Shown: one piece after another, positions 6,925 through 16,975 of the stretch
Layout: the number at the start of each line of letters is the position of its first letter
Numbering within the stretch: the first letter of the stretch is position 1
NCBI GenBank assembly: GCA_037444445.1
Contig: JBBIMK010000003.1
Location: 28,472-60,471, forward strand
Reading direction: 5' to 3'
From: a bacterium
GTDB lineage: Bacteria > UBP7 > UBA6624 > JBBIMK01
Length of the DNA stretch: 32,000 nt
Position numbers and translations under genes: made by a program
Notes under the pieces: model-generated
Databases searched by the model: none
What the model saw: only the letters and a program-made list of their open reading frames with translations
What the model was told of the DNA's origin: nothing

Positions 6925-8191
6925 TCGCTTTACCGTTATAACTCTGGGCTGTGAGAAAAACCTGGTGGATTCTGAGATACTCATCGGGAATCTTACTGCC
7001 CGAGGCTGGCATTTCGTGCGAAGTCCTCAATACGCCGACAGGGTGTTCGTTCAGACCTGTGCCTTTATTCAGGAAGCGCGACAGGATTCCATAGAAACGG
7101 TATCCCGGGTGCTGGAATTAAAGCGAGAAAACCCGGAATTAAAGGTGTATGTGACCGGGTGCCTGGTCAAGCATCCTTCTCAATCCTGGCGTTACTCTTT
7201 CAACGGCGAGGTGGATGGCTTTTATACCACACCGGCAGAAATTCTTAAGGATTTCACTTCTTCCTCTTCTGTTCTCCTGTGCAGAAAATCCCTGGTGCCA
7301 TCCTGGTATGCCTACCTAAAACTTTCGGAGGGGTGTAGTCGCCCCTGCTCTTTTTGCGTGATTCCCCAATTGCGTGGAACTCATCGGAGTAAACCCTTTG
7401 AGGTTTTACGGGAAGAGGCTGAACAGTTACTACGGCGAGGAGTGCAGGAGGTGATTTTGATTGCACAGGATACGACCTTATATGGAAAAGATTTGCCGGA
7501 TGCCTCAGTGCGTTTATCGGATGTTCTCCGTTTGATGTCTGGTTTAGGCTTTCGGTGGATTCGCCCGTTTTATTTGCACCCTGCAGGCGTAGCGGAAGAG
7601 TTGCTGGAGGCTTTTCACTTGCCGGGTGTGTTGCCTTATTTTGACCTGCCGTTTCAACACGCCAGCCCCCGTATTCTTTCCGCTATGCGTCGGGAAGGCT
7701 CCATACAAAACTACGAGGCACTGGTGGAGCGCATCCGAAATGATTTTCCCCGCTCCTACATACGAACTTCCCTGATTGTAGGTTTTCCCGGGGAAACAGA
7801 GGAGGATTTTGAGGAGGTTTTGTCTTTTGTGAAACGATGGAAGTTTGATGGGCTCTCGGCTTTCGCCTACTCGGCGGAAGAAGGGACGAAGGCGTCCTCG
7901 CTTCCTCACCCGGTTCCTTCTGAAGAAATAGAAAATCGTTTAGCGGAACTCACCCGGGTTCAGAATGAGATAGGGAGAGAAAGGCTGTGCGGGTGGATAG
8001 GGCAGAGTGCGGAGGCTGTGGTGGAAAAAATACGGAGTGTTGCGGTGGGACGAACCTGGTTTCAGGCGCCCGATGTGGATGGCGCCACCATCCTGAATAC
8101 CCGGTCAAAGCCCGGTGACTTCATCTCTGTGAATATCACTGATGCGGTGGAATATGACCTCTATGCGGAGGAGGTGAATCCACCATCGTGA
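6896..8191 (+). CDS. rimO: Ribosomal protein S12 methylthiotransferase (radical SAM MTTase)
   Basis: N-terminal TLGCEKNLVDSE, radical-SAM CSRPCSFC, IAQDTTLYGKD and a C-terminal TRAM-like segment, with RimO-like length. The start overlaps the ssb 3' end by 29 nt. Confidence 0.88.
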   Translation: MKTLKRREHNRFTVITLGCEKNLVDSEILIGNLTARGWHFVRSPQYADRVFVQTCAFIQEARQDSIETVSRVLELKRENPELKVYVTGCLVKHPSQSWRYSFNGEVDGFYTTPAEILKDFTSSSSVLLCRKSLVPSWYAYLKLSEGCSRPCSFCVIPQLRGTHRSKPFEVLREEAEQLLRRGVQEVILIAQDTTLYGKDLPDASVRLSDVLRLMSGLGFRWIRPFYLHPAGVAEELLEAFHLPGVLPYFDLPFQHASPRILSAMRREGSIQNYEALVERIRNDFPRSYIRTSLIVGFPGETEEDFEEVLSFVKRWKFDGLSAFAYSAEEGTKASSLPHPVPSEEIENRLAELTRVQNEIGRERLCGWIGQSAEAVVEKIRSVAVGRTWFQAPDVDGATILNTRSKPGDFISVNITDAVEYDLYAEEVNPPS

Positions 8192-8682
8192 ACCGCCTGG
8201 AAGCCCTCTCCGTTACCGTAGGAAAACGATTGCTCCAGCGTAAGGAATCCGTTTCTATTGCCGAGTCCTGCACCGGTGGCCTTCTGGGAGATGTCCTGAC
8301 GAGAATCCCCGGGTCTTCCGCTTATTTCAAGGGTGGAATTATTGCTTATCATTCGGAAATTAAGGAAAGACTGTTAGGGGTGAAATCGCTGCTGTTATCC
8401 GGGAAAGGAACGGTGAATGAACAGGTGGCAGAGGAGATGGCAAAGGGTGTGCGGATTTTATTTTCCACCACCTGGGGGATTTCTACCACGGGCGTGGCAG
8501 GCCCGGAGCCCGGCTCCCATCGTGAAAAAGTGGGTACGGTGTTCGTGGGTGTGTCCTCGGCGAAACAGAATCAGGTGCTTCCGCTGAACCTCCACGGGAG
8601 CCGACAGTTCATAAAACGCCTTGCCGTGTATCACGCCTTGCACTTCTTCTCTCAACTCCTGGAGGATGAAACATCCCGATGA
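8188..8682 (+). CDS. pncC: CinA C-terminal domain protein / nicotinamide-nucleotide amidohydrolase
   Basis: The SIAESCTGGLLG motif and ~165-aa size are typical of stand-alone CinA_C/PncC. Its GTG start overlaps the rimO stop (GTGA). Confidence 0.85.
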   Translation: MNRLEALSVTVGKRLLQRKESVSIAESCTGGLLGDVLTRIPGSSAYFKGGIIAYHSEIKERLLGVKSLLLSGKGTVNEQVAEEMAKGVRILFSTTWGISTTGVAGPEPGSHREKVGTVFVGVSSAKQNQVLPLNLHGSRQFIKRLAVYHALHFFSQLLEDETSR

Positions 8683-9263
8683 GATGTTTTAGCGCCATAC
8701 CCATTTCAGAGACTACCCGGGATGAAATCGCCAGGGTTATACAGGCCCTTCGGGAAGCCGTATCCGGTAAAGTTTCCTGGGTGGTTCCAGCCAATCTTCA
8801 CATCACGCTTCATTTTTTTGGTGAGATTTCTGAAGCAATGGTCACCCGACTTCAGGATATTTTCCAGGACACCCTTACCGGTTTCTCGCCATTTTTTATA
8901 CAATATTCCGGTTTGGGCGCCTTTCCCGATTTGAAACATCCCCGTGTGCTCTGGATTGGGGTGAGTTCCGGGGCATCTGAAATCGTGGAAATCAAAAAAT
9001 CCCTGGACCGCTCCCTGCGAAAATCGGGCATAACTTTTGATGAAAAAGAATATCATCCTCACATCACCATTGCTCGTTTTCACCGGGCCCATATCCTGTT
9101 GAAAAACCCCATAAGCCCTATTTCTACGAAGGATACCGTGGAAGAGGTGAACCTGATGGAAAGCCGACTGAAGCCAACGGGTGCCGAATACAGCGTTGTG
9201 AAAGCCTTTCCACTGGGTATTTCTGAATCCATAGAACGAAAGTTACCTCAAGGAGGTGGATAA
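8679..9263 (+). CDS. thpR: RNA 2',3'-cyclic phosphodiesterase (2H family, LigT/ThpR)
   Basis: Two HxT motifs (HITLHF and HITIARF) with the spacing expected of 2H phosphoesterases. ATGA overlap with pncC. Confidence 0.85.
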   Translation: MRCFSAIPISETTRDEIARVIQALREAVSGKVSWVVPANLHITLHFFGEISEAMVTRLQDIFQDTLTGFSPFFIQYSGLGAFPDLKHPRVLWIGVSSGASEIVEIKKSLDRSLRKSGITFDEKEYHPHITIARFHRAHILLKNPISPISTKDTVEEVNLMESRLKPTGAEYSVVKAFPLGISESIERKLPQGGG

Positions 9264-9268
9264 AGAAT

Positions 9269-10285
9269 ATGAGTCAAGAGTTGAAACGAGAATCCCTGGA
9301 GCGGGCGATGAGCCAGATTGAGAAGGACCACGGCAAGGGCGCCATTATGCGTCTGGGAGAAACCCGGGCGGCGCTGGAAATTTCTGCCATTCCCACAGGC
9401 TCAGTGGCGCTGGATGCGGCACTGGGCGTGGGCGGAGTGCCCCGAGGTCGTATCGTGGAAATCTTCGGCCCAGAGGCTTCCGGCAAAACGACCCTCGCCT
9501 TAAATATCATCGCCGAAGTCCAGCGTCAGGGCGGCATCGCCGCATTTATTGATGCTGAAAATGCTCTGGACCCTAATTACGCCGAAAGCCTGGGGATTAA
9601 CCTCACAGACCTGCTGATTTCCCAGCCGGATAATGGGGAACAGGCCCTGGAGATTGCGGATACCTTAATCCGAAGTAGTGCGGTGGATGTGATTGCCGTG
9701 GACTCCGTAGCGGCCCTCGTCCCCAAAGCTGAACTGGAGGGGGAGATGGGAGAGTCCTTCATGGGGCTTCAGGCTCGCCTGATGTCCCAGGCCCTTCGTA
9801 AACTCGCTGGAAATATCCACCGCTCCAACACGGTGGCTATTTTCATCAACCAGATGCGCCAGAAAATTGGTGTGATGTTCGGCAATCCAGAAACTACCAC
9901 CGGCGGTATGGCGTTGAAATTTTACGCCTCGGTACGCATTGACATCCGCAAACTGGATACCCTCAAAAAGGGGGAGGAGATTATCGGAACCCATGTCCGG
10001 GCCCGGGTGGTGAAGAATAAAGTGGCTCCCCCCTTCCGCTCCGCTGAGTTTGACATCCTGTTTGGAAGAGGAATCTGGAAAGCGGGGGATGTGCTGGATG
10101 TGGCTTCCGCCCAGGGGCTGGTGGAAAAGACCGGTGTCTGGTTTGCCTATGGCGGCAAGAAACTCGGACAGGGGCGCCAGGCCGCCGCTGAATACCTGGA
10201 CGCACACCCCGATGTTCTTTATGAAATGGAAAAAGCACTTCGCGAGAAACTGGGCTTTATCGCGGGGCCCGGGAAGAAGTCGTAA
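9269..10285 (+). CDS. recA: Recombinase A
   Basis: GPEASGKTT Walker [23 protein letters not shown] and [22 protein letters not shown] show full-length RecA conservation. Confidence 0.97.
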   Translation: MSQELKRESLERAMSQIEKDHGKGAIMRLGETRAALEISAIPTGSVALDAALGVGGVPRGRIVEIFGPEASGKTTLALNIIAEVQRQGGIAAFIDAENALDPNYAESLGINLTDLLISQPDNGEQALEIADTLIRSSAVDVIAVDSVAALVPKAELEGEMGESFMGLQARLMSQALRKLAGNIHRSNTVAIFINQMRQKIGVMFGNPETTTGGMALKFYASVRIDIRKLDTLKKGEEIIGTHVRARVVKNKVAPPFRSAEFDILFGRGIWKAGDVLDVASAQGLVEKTGVWFAYGGKKLGQGRQAAAEYLDAHPDVLYEMEKALREKLGFIAGPGKKS

Positions 10286-10754
10286 TCCCACACCCCGCCA
10301 GAAAGCCCTGCGCCTCCTCTCCCGCAAACCCTATACGGAAAAACAATTGCGGGATAAATTGAGGCAAACCTTCTCGTCGGAGGAGATTGAACCCGTGATA
10401 TCGGATTTGCGAACCTTCCATCTCATCGGTGATGAGGCCTATGCCCGAGAGTTTGCTTCCCTTTCCCTGTTGAGTCGGAAAAAGGGTCTCCGGTGGATCC
10501 TCTGGAAGTTGCAGGAAAAGGGAGTTTCCAAAGAGATTCAGAATCAGGTCCTAACCCACTGGGCGGAAGAGGAAAAAGAAATCGCTCGTCAGGTGGCTCA
10601 AAAATGGATTGAAAAAGGAATGCCTCTCCACCAGATCGCACGAGGGTTACAAAACCGCGGGTTCACATCTCCGACGATTCGCCATATTCTCAAACTTGAT
10701 TCAGGAGGAAATACCGATGTATACCCATCTGATCATTCTATGGATAGCGATTAG
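10221..10754 (+). CDS. recX: RecA regulator RecX (start uncertain)
   Basis: [22 protein letters not shown]...[10 protein letters not shown]... is a three-repeat helical RecX pattern directly after recA. The track's start at 10050 lies deep inside recA. The only plausible in-frame ATGs before the conserved N-terminal helix are 10212 and 10221, giving a 65-74 nt overlap with recA. No SD seen. Confidence 0.72.
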   Translation: MKWKKHFARNWALSRGPGRSRNPTPRQKALRLLSRKPYTEKQLRDKLRQTFSSEEIEPVISDLRTFHLIGDEAYAREFASLSLLSRKKGLRWILWKLQEKGVSKEIQNQVLTHWAEEEKEIARQVAQKWIEKGMPLHQIARGLQNRGFTSPTIRHILKLDSGGNTDVYPSDHSMDSD

Positions 10755-12306
10755 CCTTATCGCATTTTTCACCGGCCTTGCCGTGGGTGCTTCTATTCTC
10801 ACTCGTTCTCTCAAGGTGAAGATACAGCGGCTGGAAAACACCCTGACAGAGATGAAGAAATCTGCGGAGGAGCGTGTCAAGCAGGCGAGCACCCAGGCCC
10901 GGCAGCAGGTAATGGAGGAATACCAAACCACTCTGGCGAAAGAAAAGCAGAGACTGGAAGAGGAGATTTCTCGTCGGAAAAAGGAAGTGGAAAGGGAGGA
11001 GAGCCGTTATCGGGAGCAGGCGAAGAAATCTGCGGAACGGGAGAAGCGGCTGGATGAGCGAGAGAGAGCACTCTGGCAGAGAGAGAAAAATATGGAGCGG
11101 GAGAGAGAAGCTCAGGCACGGGAGAAAAGCCGGATAGAAGCCCTGCGAAAGGAGGCGGATAAGAAACTGGAATTCATTGCCCAGTTGAGTCGCGAAGAAG
11201 CCCGAGCCATTCTGTTGAAGCAGGCAGAGGAAGAAGCCCGGATGGAATCCCTCGCCATTCTCAAAAGAGTGGAAGAAGAAACCCGCCAGGAGAGTCAACA
11301 GATTGCACAGAAGATAATTACGATGGCTCTTCAGCAATGTGACTTACCGCAGGTGGTGGAAGACACCAGCGTTACCACGGTGGCGCTTCCGTCGGACGAG
11401 ATGAAGGGTCGGATTATCGGGCGGGAGGGGAGGAACATCCGCTCTTTTGAAATGGCCACCGGCGTGGATTTGATTGTGGATGATACGCCGGAAGTCGTGA
11501 TGCTGTCGTGTTTTGACCCGGTTCGCAGGCAGGTGGCTGCGATGGCGCTCAAGCGTTTGATTCAAGACGGACGCATTCATCCGGCTCGGATAGAACAGAC
11601 GATTTCCTGGGCGCAGTCGGAAGTAGATAAAACCATGCAGATGGAAGCGGAAAAGGCCGCTCTGGAAGCGGGAGTTCACAATCTTCACCCGGAAATTCTC
11701 AAACTTCTGGGTCGGTTATACTTCCGCACCAGTTATGGTCAGAATGTTCTGTGGCATTCCGTGGAAGTGGCGAAGATTGCCGTGCGAGTCGCCTCGGAGT
11801 TGCAGCTGGATGTGGAAGTAGCCCGGCGAGGCGCCCTTCTGCATGACATAGGGAAAGCCCTGGACAGCAGTGATTCCGATGCCCCTCATGCCGTGGCAGG
11901 GGGAAAATTCGCTGAAAAATATGGTGAATCCGCCCGGGTAGCGAATGCCATAGCCGCCCACCATGAGGAGGTTCCTTTTGAATCTTCGGAGGCAGTGGTG
12001 GTGTTGATTGCGGACTCTGTTTCCGCCCTCCGCCCAGGTGCACGGAAAGAATCCATAGAAAAATACCTCCAGCGTCTGAAGAAATTGGAAGAAATCGTCC
12101 GCTCTTTTCAGGGGGTGCGGGAGTGCTATGCCGTCTCCGCAGGCCGGGAAATTCGCATTATCGTAGAGCCAGACCAAATCGGCGACGCTGAAATGGTTCA
12201 ACTATCCAGAGATGTCGCACGACGCATTGAGCGAGAGGTCACTTTCCCCGGCCAGATTAAAGTAACCGTCATCCGTGAAAAACGCGCTGTGGAAATCGCT
12301 AAGTAG
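10717..12306 (+). CDS. rny: Ribonuclease Y
   Basis: N-terminal TM helix ([19 protein letters not shown]), long charged coiled coil, KH domain (GRIIGREGRNIRSFE) and HD domain (LLHDIGKA). I start it at ATG 10717, preceded by AGGAGG (10703-10708), not the track's 10609. Confidence 0.93.
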   Translation: MYTHLIILWIAISLIAFFTGLAVGASILTRSLKVKIQRLENTLTEMKKSAEERVKQASTQARQQVMEEYQTTLAKEKQRLEEEISRRKKEVEREESRYREQAKKSAEREKRLDERERALWQREKNMEREREAQAREKSRIEALRKEADKKLEFIAQLSREEARAILLKQAEEEARMESLAILKRVEEETRQESQQIAQKIITMALQQCDLPQVVEDTSVTTVALPSDEMKGRIIGREGRNIRSFEMATGVDLIVDDTPEVVMLSCFDPVRRQVAAMALKRLIQDGRIHPARIEQTISWAQSEVDKTMQMEAEKAALEAGVHNLHPEILKLLGRLYFRTSYGQNVLWHSVEVAKIAVRVASELQLDVEVARRGALLHDIGKALDSSDSDAPHAVAGGKFAEKYGESARVANAIAAHHEEVPFESSEAVVVLIADSVSALRPGARKESIEKYLQRLKKLEEIVRSFQGVRECYAVSAGREIRIIVEPDQIGDAEMVQLSRDVARRIEREVTFPGQIKVTVIREKRAVEIAK

Positions 12307-12321
12307 GTGAAAAAACAAAAG

Positions 12322-13128
12322 ATGAGAACCCTCTTGATCGGTGATGTAGTCGGGAAACCCGGACGAAGCATTCTTCAAAAATATCTTCCATCTCTCCGGT
12401 CTTCCCATCGGGTGGATTTCGTCATAGCCAACGGCGAAAATGCTTCGGATGGGAAGGGGCTTTCCAGAGAGAATTTTTATGAACTCTTGAATTATGGCAT
12501 AGATGTGATAACGATGGGCGACCATATCTGGGATAAAAAGGACTTGCAAGAAGTGATGGACAAAACGGATTTTCTGTTGCGTCCTGCCAATTATCCCCCA
12601 ACGGCGCCAGGGAAGGGGTTTTCTCTCGTGAATATCGGCGGTGTTTTGACTGGCGTGGTGAATCTTCAAGCCCGTACCTTTATGAATCCACCCATTGATT
12701 GCCCCTTCGTTACCGCCCAGAAAATACTGGACCAACTCCGCCCCTCAACACAAATCATTTTTGTGGATTTTCATGGTGAAACCACCTCAGAAAAGATGGC
12801 TATGGGCTGGTTTCTGGATGGAAAAGTGTCGGTGGTGGTAGGCACCCATACCCATGTGCCCACGGATGACCTCCGAATTCTCCCCGCCGGAACCGCTTAT
12901 GTTACAGACCTCGGTATGACCGGTCCCGTAGATTCCGTCATTGGTATGGCTTCAGATGACATCTTAAAGCGATTTCTCACCGGCGTCTATGTCCCTTTCA
13001 ATGTGGCAAAGAAAGGAAAAGTGCAAATCAACGGCGTCCTCGTGGATGTAGACAACACCACGGGCAGGGCTCTTTATGTACAAAGAATTCGTGTGGAAGC
13101 CCAGATGGATGACCTGTTCTCCTCCTGA
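12322..13128 (+). CDS. ymdB: YmdB-family metallophosphoesterase (2',3'-cyclic-nucleotide phosphodiesterase)
   Basis: MRTLLIGDVVGKPGR...VIANGENASDGKG...VDFHGETTSEK...GTHTHVPTDD is typical YmdB. It lies directly after rny, as in Bacillus. An alternative GTG at 12307 abuts the rny stop. Confidence 0.9.
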   Translation: MRTLLIGDVVGKPGRSILQKYLPSLRSSHRVDFVIANGENASDGKGLSRENFYELLNYGIDVITMGDHIWDKKDLQEVMDKTDFLLRPANYPPTAPGKGFSLVNIGGVLTGVVNLQARTFMNPPIDCPFVTAQKILDQLRPSTQIIFVDFHGETTSEKMAMGWFLDGKVSVVVGTHTHVPTDDLRILPAGTAYVTDLGMTGPVDSVIGMASDDILKRFLTGVYVPFNVAKKGKVQINGVLVDVDNTTGRALYVQRIRVEAQMDDLFSS

Positions 13129-13181
13129 GCCGTTTTTACCCGTGAAACATTTGTGGAGGAAGAACTGTAGACTCTCCTCCT

Positions 13182-14000
13182 GTGGTGTTAATGCAGTCGC
13201 AAGGAGTAATTCTGTATAGACAGATGACCCGAAAACGGAGTGTTAAGCCATTCCAAAAGCCGGCTGAAAATTTTTATATCGGTGGTGTTCACCCGGTGGA
13301 GCTGGCACTCTCTGCGGGACGGGTTCGCCATCTCTGGGTGAAGGATGCTCATCCCCTGTCTTCCACACTACACTCTCTTCTGATGAAAGGTGAGAAGGGG
13401 AAGGTCGCCACAGAATTTGTTTCACATTCCGTGCTGGACCGACTTTATCCCGGGAATCATCAAGGGATTGTGGCGGAGATTTCCCCCAGGCCGTTGATGG
13501 AACTGGGGGCGATACTCACCCTCTCTTCGCGCCGGTTTTTACTGGCTCTGGACCATTTGACGGACCCTCAAAATATGGGGGCGATATTACGAAGCGCCGC
13601 CGCCTTTCAGGTGGATGCGGTTCTCTTTCCCGCCCACCGCCAGTCCCCCCTCACCCCCGCCGTTTATAAAGCCTCCGCCGGCTATGTGGAATTCCTGAAC
13701 CTGGTTCAGGTTGCCAACCTCCGTTACTCTCTTGCTTTCCTTCGCAAGCGCGGTTATTCCCTCGTGGGTCTGGATAATTCCGCTCCTGCTCCTCTGGACG
13801 CTGCTTCTACCCAATTTCCTCTCTGCCTCGTTGTGGGTGGGGAGGAAAAAGGCATCACGCCCGTAGTGAGGAAAGAACTGGATGAAACCTACCGAATTCC
13901 TATGGCGGAAGGCGTGGAATCCTTAAATGTCTCCACTGCCACGGCCATCGCCCTCTACTCCCTCTCCAGAAAACTCCTCCCCATAGAGCATGGGTCATAA
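13182..14000 (+). CDS. rlmB: SpoU/TrmH-family RNA 2'-O-methyltransferase, RlmB-like
   Basis: N-terminal substrate-binding-like segment (GGVHPVELAL), HQGIVAE, DPQNMGAILRSA, LVVGGEEKGI and ESLNVSTATAI are SPOUT motifs. The start is ambiguous (GTG 13182, ATG 13191 or 13224). Confidence 0.78.
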   Translation: MVLMQSQGVILYRQMTRKRSVKPFQKPAENFYIGGVHPVELALSAGRVRHLWVKDAHPLSSTLHSLLMKGEKGKVATEFVSHSVLDRLYPGNHQGIVAEISPRPLMELGAILTLSSRRFLLALDHLTDPQNMGAILRSAAAFQVDAVLFPAHRQSPLTPAVYKASAGYVEFLNLVQVANLRYSLAFLRKRGYSLVGLDNSAPAPLDAASTQFPLCLVVGGEEKGITPVVRKELDETYRIPMAEGVESLNVSTATAIALYSLSRKLLPIEHGS

Positions 14001-14025
14001 CAACCGGGGTTAATCACTCTGCAGG

Positions 14026-14970
14026 ATGAGGTATCGGGTATTTGGAAAGTTGGGATGGAAGGTTTCGGAGATTGGATTTGGTGCCTGGGCTATTGGAGGT
14101 AATCGGTTTGGTAACTCCTACGGCCCCACGGATGACAATGTTTCCAGAGAGGCAATTCAAAGGGCTCTGGAGTTGGGATGTAATTTCTTTGATACGGCGG
14201 ATATTTATGGGCACGGGCACTCGGAGAAACTGTTGGGAGAAGTGATAGGAAATCGCCCGGATGTCTACATCGCCACCAAAGTGGGGGGAGATTTTTATCA
14301 CACCCCGGTGAAGATGAACTTTGATTCGGACTACATTCGCTTCGCCTGCGACCAATCCTTGAAACGCCTCCAAAGAGAGGTAATTGACCTCTATCAACTG
14401 CATAATCCACCCATTGATTATCTTCAAGAAGGAAAAGTTTTTGATGTTCTGGATTCTCTGCAGATGAAGGGGAAGATAAGAGCCTATGGTGTTTCCATTC
14501 ACTTCGCCGAAGAAGGACTGACAGCAATTTCCTATCCTACCCTTGCTTCTATCCAGGTAGTGTATAACATTTTCCGGCAAAAGGATGCCGTGGCACTTTT
14601 TCAACCCGCGAAGGAAAAGGGAATCGCCATCATTGCTCGGGAGCCATTGTCTAATGGGCTTCTCACGGGTAAATACTCTACTCCAGACACCTGGAAATTT
14701 TTTAAGGGGGACATCCGGGGAGATATGCCCGCAAATTACTTGCGAACCCACACCCGGGCTGCGGAAAAACTCCGCTTTCTGGAGGTGCCAGGTAAGCGCA
14801 CCCTGGCGCAAGCCGCTTTACAATTCACTCTCTCCTCGGAAGCCATCTCGGTTTCAATTCCGGGGTGCAAAACTCCAGCCCAGGTGGAAGAAAATCTTTC
14901 TGCCTCGGATTGCCCGCCGTTAACTGAAGATGAGTTGGGAAAAATCCTGACATCGCTATCCACCAGTTAG
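14026..14970 (+). CDS. Aldo/keto reductase family oxidoreductase
   Basis: GFGAWAIGG, FFDTADIYGHGHSEKLLG, IDLYQLHNP and IRAYGVS are standard AKR signatures. Confidence 0.85.
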   Translation: MRYRVFGKLGWKVSEIGFGAWAIGGNRFGNSYGPTDDNVSREAIQRALELGCNFFDTADIYGHGHSEKLLGEVIGNRPDVYIATKVGGDFYHTPVKMNFDSDYIRFACDQSLKRLQREVIDLYQLHNPPIDYLQEGKVFDVLDSLQMKGKIRAYGVSIHFAEEGLTAISYPTLASIQVVYNIFRQKDAVALFQPAKEKGIAIIAREPLSNGLLTGKYSTPDTWKFFKGDIRGDMPANYLRTHTRAAEKLRFLEVPGKRTLAQAALQFTLSSEAISVSIPGCKTPAQVEENLSASDCPPLTEDELGKILTSLSTS

Positions 14971-15026
14971 TGGAGACGGGGCAAAGCCCACCGCCCTGCC
15001 TCAACTGCATCCATAGCACTCTGTAA

Positions 15027-15032
15027 TATAAT
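15027..15032 (+). promoter_or_regulatory. TATAAT -10 box 9 nt upstream of the udp ATG (possible leaderless or very short-leader transcript)
   Basis: A perfect TATAAT at 15027-15032 is followed by ccagtgtag and then ATG 15042. No SD and no convincing -35. Confidence 0.3.
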
Positions 15033-15041
15033 CCAGTGTAG

Positions 15042-15827
15042 ATGCGAGAGAAATGGGCGTATCATCTGGCGCTATCCAAAAAGGAGATAGAAGGCGCCAC
15101 CCTGGCATTATTACCCGGTGACCCGGCCCGGGTTCCTAAACTGGCTCAAAGTCTGGATAAAAAGGCGAAAGAAATTGCCTGGAACCGAGAATTTAGAACC
15201 TGTCTGGGAAGGGTGAAGGGCGAAGCCTTAGTCATCACTTCCACCGGCATTGGCGGCCCTTCTACCGCCATCGCTGTAGAGGAACTGGCTATGCTGGGAG
15301 TGAGAACCTTCATCCGCGTGGGTACCTGTGGAGGTATTCAGCCTTATATGAAAATCGGGGATGTGGTTATCACCACCGGCGCAGTCCGCCTGGAGGGTTC
15401 CTCCACTCACTACGCACCGTTGGAATATCCGGCGGTTGCCGATTTTGAAGTAACCAGCGCATTGATAGAAGGAGCGAAAAAAGCAAAAGTTCGCTACCAT
15501 ATCGGAATCACTTGCTCCTCGGACACTTTCTATCCCGGCCAGGAAAGAAATGATTCTTTCTCCGGCTATGTTCCGAAAAGGTTTCAAGGCATTACGGATG
15601 AGTGGAAACGGCTCGGCGTTTTGAATTATGAGATGGAAGCCGCTACATTGCTGACGGTTTGCTCTGCACTCAGGCTACGCGCCGGGTGCATCACGGGAGT
15701 TGTGGATGTCCGCAATATATCACAACATATTACCCTGAAAGCGCTGGAGAAAGCGGAAAAAAATGTGGTTTCTGTGGCTATAATAGGTGCGAAAGTTTTC
15801 CTGAATAAAATCCTGAGGAAATTTTGA
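15042..15827 (+). CDS. udp: Uridine phosphorylase
   Basis: Colinear with E. coli Udp from memory: ATLALLPGDPARV, STGIGGPSTAIAVEEL, RVGTCGGI, EYPAVADFE, SSDTFYPGQER and LNYEMEAATLL. Confidence 0.9.
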   Translation: MREKWAYHLALSKKEIEGATLALLPGDPARVPKLAQSLDKKAKEIAWNREFRTCLGRVKGEALVITSTGIGGPSTAIAVEELAMLGVRTFIRVGTCGGIQPYMKIGDVVITTGAVRLEGSSTHYAPLEYPAVADFEVTSALIEGAKKAKVRYHIGITCSSDTFYPGQERNDSFSGYVPKRFQGITDEWKRLGVLNYEMEAATLLTVCSALRLRAGCITGVVDVRNISQHITLKALEKAEKNVVSVAIIGAKVFLNKILRKF

Positions 15828-15863
15828 ACTTCCTGCAAAGACTTCTTCCCGGTTCCGATGTGG

Positions 15864-16502
15864 CTAAAACCTTGCCTGAAACAGGAAGGGATTGTATTGC
15901 TTCTCCAATTCAATAGTGGTTTCTTCGCCATGACCAGAATACACTCGCGTTTCATCCGGTAACACCAATAGTTTTTTGTGAATGGATTCCAGGAGTTGAC
16001 GATAATTTCCACCGGGTAAATCGGTTCGCCCGATGCTTCCTTGAAATAAAGTGTCGCCTGAGAATAAGATTTTTTCTTTCTCAAAGTAAAAGCATACTCC
16101 ACCCGGAGTATGGCCCGGAGTATGGATGACTTTTGCCTGAAGGTTTCCGATTTGGATGACTTCTCCATCCTCCAGATTCCCATCTATCTTCGGCGGAATT
16201 ACCCGTTTCACCCCCATCATACCGCTGAGAATGGTTGCATTTTTTACATAGAGTTCATCGCCTTTATGAATGTAAAAGGGAAGATTTAATTTTGATTGAA
16301 TTTTTGCCACTCCACCGATGTGGTCAATATGACCATGAGTATTGATAATCTTTTCCACCGTCCATTTTTCCTCTTCTACGATTCTCAAAAAATCGCCCGC
16401 TTCATCCCCCGGGTCTATGATGACAGCAACGCCTGTTTCTTCATCCCCCACAATATAGCCATTTTCCATATATATTCCACTGGTCAGTTTCATCACTTTC
16501 AT
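15864..16502 (-). CDS. MBL-fold metallo-hydrolase (glyoxalase II-like)
   Basis: THGHIDHIGG metal-binding motif, HTPGHTPGG and ~210-aa size. Confidence 0.85.
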   Translation of the reverse strand: MKVMKLTSGIYMENGYIVGDEETGVAVIIDPGDEAGDFLRIVEEEKWTVEKIINTHGHIDHIGGVAKIQSKLNLPFYIHKGDELYVKNATILSGMMGVKRVIPPKIDGNLEDGEVIQIGNLQAKVIHTPGHTPGGVCFYFEKEKILFSGDTLFQGSIGRTDLPGGNYRQLLESIHKKLLVLPDETRVYSGHGEETTIELEKQYNPFLFQARF

Positions 16503-16621
16503 TCATCTCTCACCATTACGATTATACTGATTCTAAATCATCCTTTATCCAGATTGGATGTCAAAATAACTGGAATATGAGAGATGAAAACTCCATTCAC
16601 TGTGAACCTATCTTGTTTGTG

Positions 16622-16975
16622 TCAAAATAGCGTGAGAGTGGCAAGCGCCGGGAAGGGATTGCCCCTCCTGTGGTGCTTTCCAGAGTAAGTGAGCCTTTTC
16701 ACATCATCTATATAAAAGCCCGGGTATCGGGCGGTCACCGTGTCGCTTCCATCCCGCTCCTGTTGGAGCATAGCCCCAATCCCGATGGATTTGTATCGGG
16801 ACATCCCATCATACACATTCTCAATTATATCACCATTATTCAGTATAATCCTTTTCACCCGTTGCTCATAGTCCATTTCGTGAGATATTTTCCAGATATT
16901 CCCCGCTGAATCCCCCCATAGTTGCACGAGAGGAGGGGGAGTGGGGGAGGCGGGAAATTTCTGGAGGACTTCCAT
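16622..16975 (-). CDS. Hypothetical protein (117 aa)
   Basis: Open frame with ordinary composition in an otherwise unassigned gap. No motif recognised and no clear SD. Confidence 0.4.
   Translation of the reverse strand: MEVLQKFPASPTPPPLVQLWGDSAGNIWKISHEMDYEQRVKRIILNNGDIIENVYDGMSRYKSIGIGAMLQQERDGSDTVTARYPGFYIDDVKRLTYSGKHHRRGNPFPALATLTLF

Noticed and set aside
10050-10220. Track start of the recX frame at 10050 and of the rny frame at 10609
   Set aside because: The 10050 extension lies inside recA in another frame and carries no RecX-like sequence. For rny, the SD-preceded ATG at 10717 begins exactly at the transmembrane anchor.
9665-10327. Long antisense or alternative-frame ORFs inside well-conserved genes (9665-10327 in recA, 10738-11337 in rny, 12202-12735 in ymdB, 14014-14811 in the AKR, 18989-19858 in the mutase, 23840-24616 in aconitase, 21491-22171 in ccdA)
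   Set aside because: Each lies opposite to, or out of frame with, a gene that has unmistakable family motifs. Their translations are low-complexity and Arg/Gly/Pro/His-rich with no motifs, and they lack SDs. They are typical shadow ORFs.
8188-13128. The cinA-thpR-recA-recX-rny-ymdB cluster as a novel system
   Set aside because: cinA-ligT-recA operons are known in Deinococcus and Thermus, and rny-ymdB adjacency downstream of recA is known in Bacillus. The tight coupling seen here is an ordinary housekeeping arrangement.
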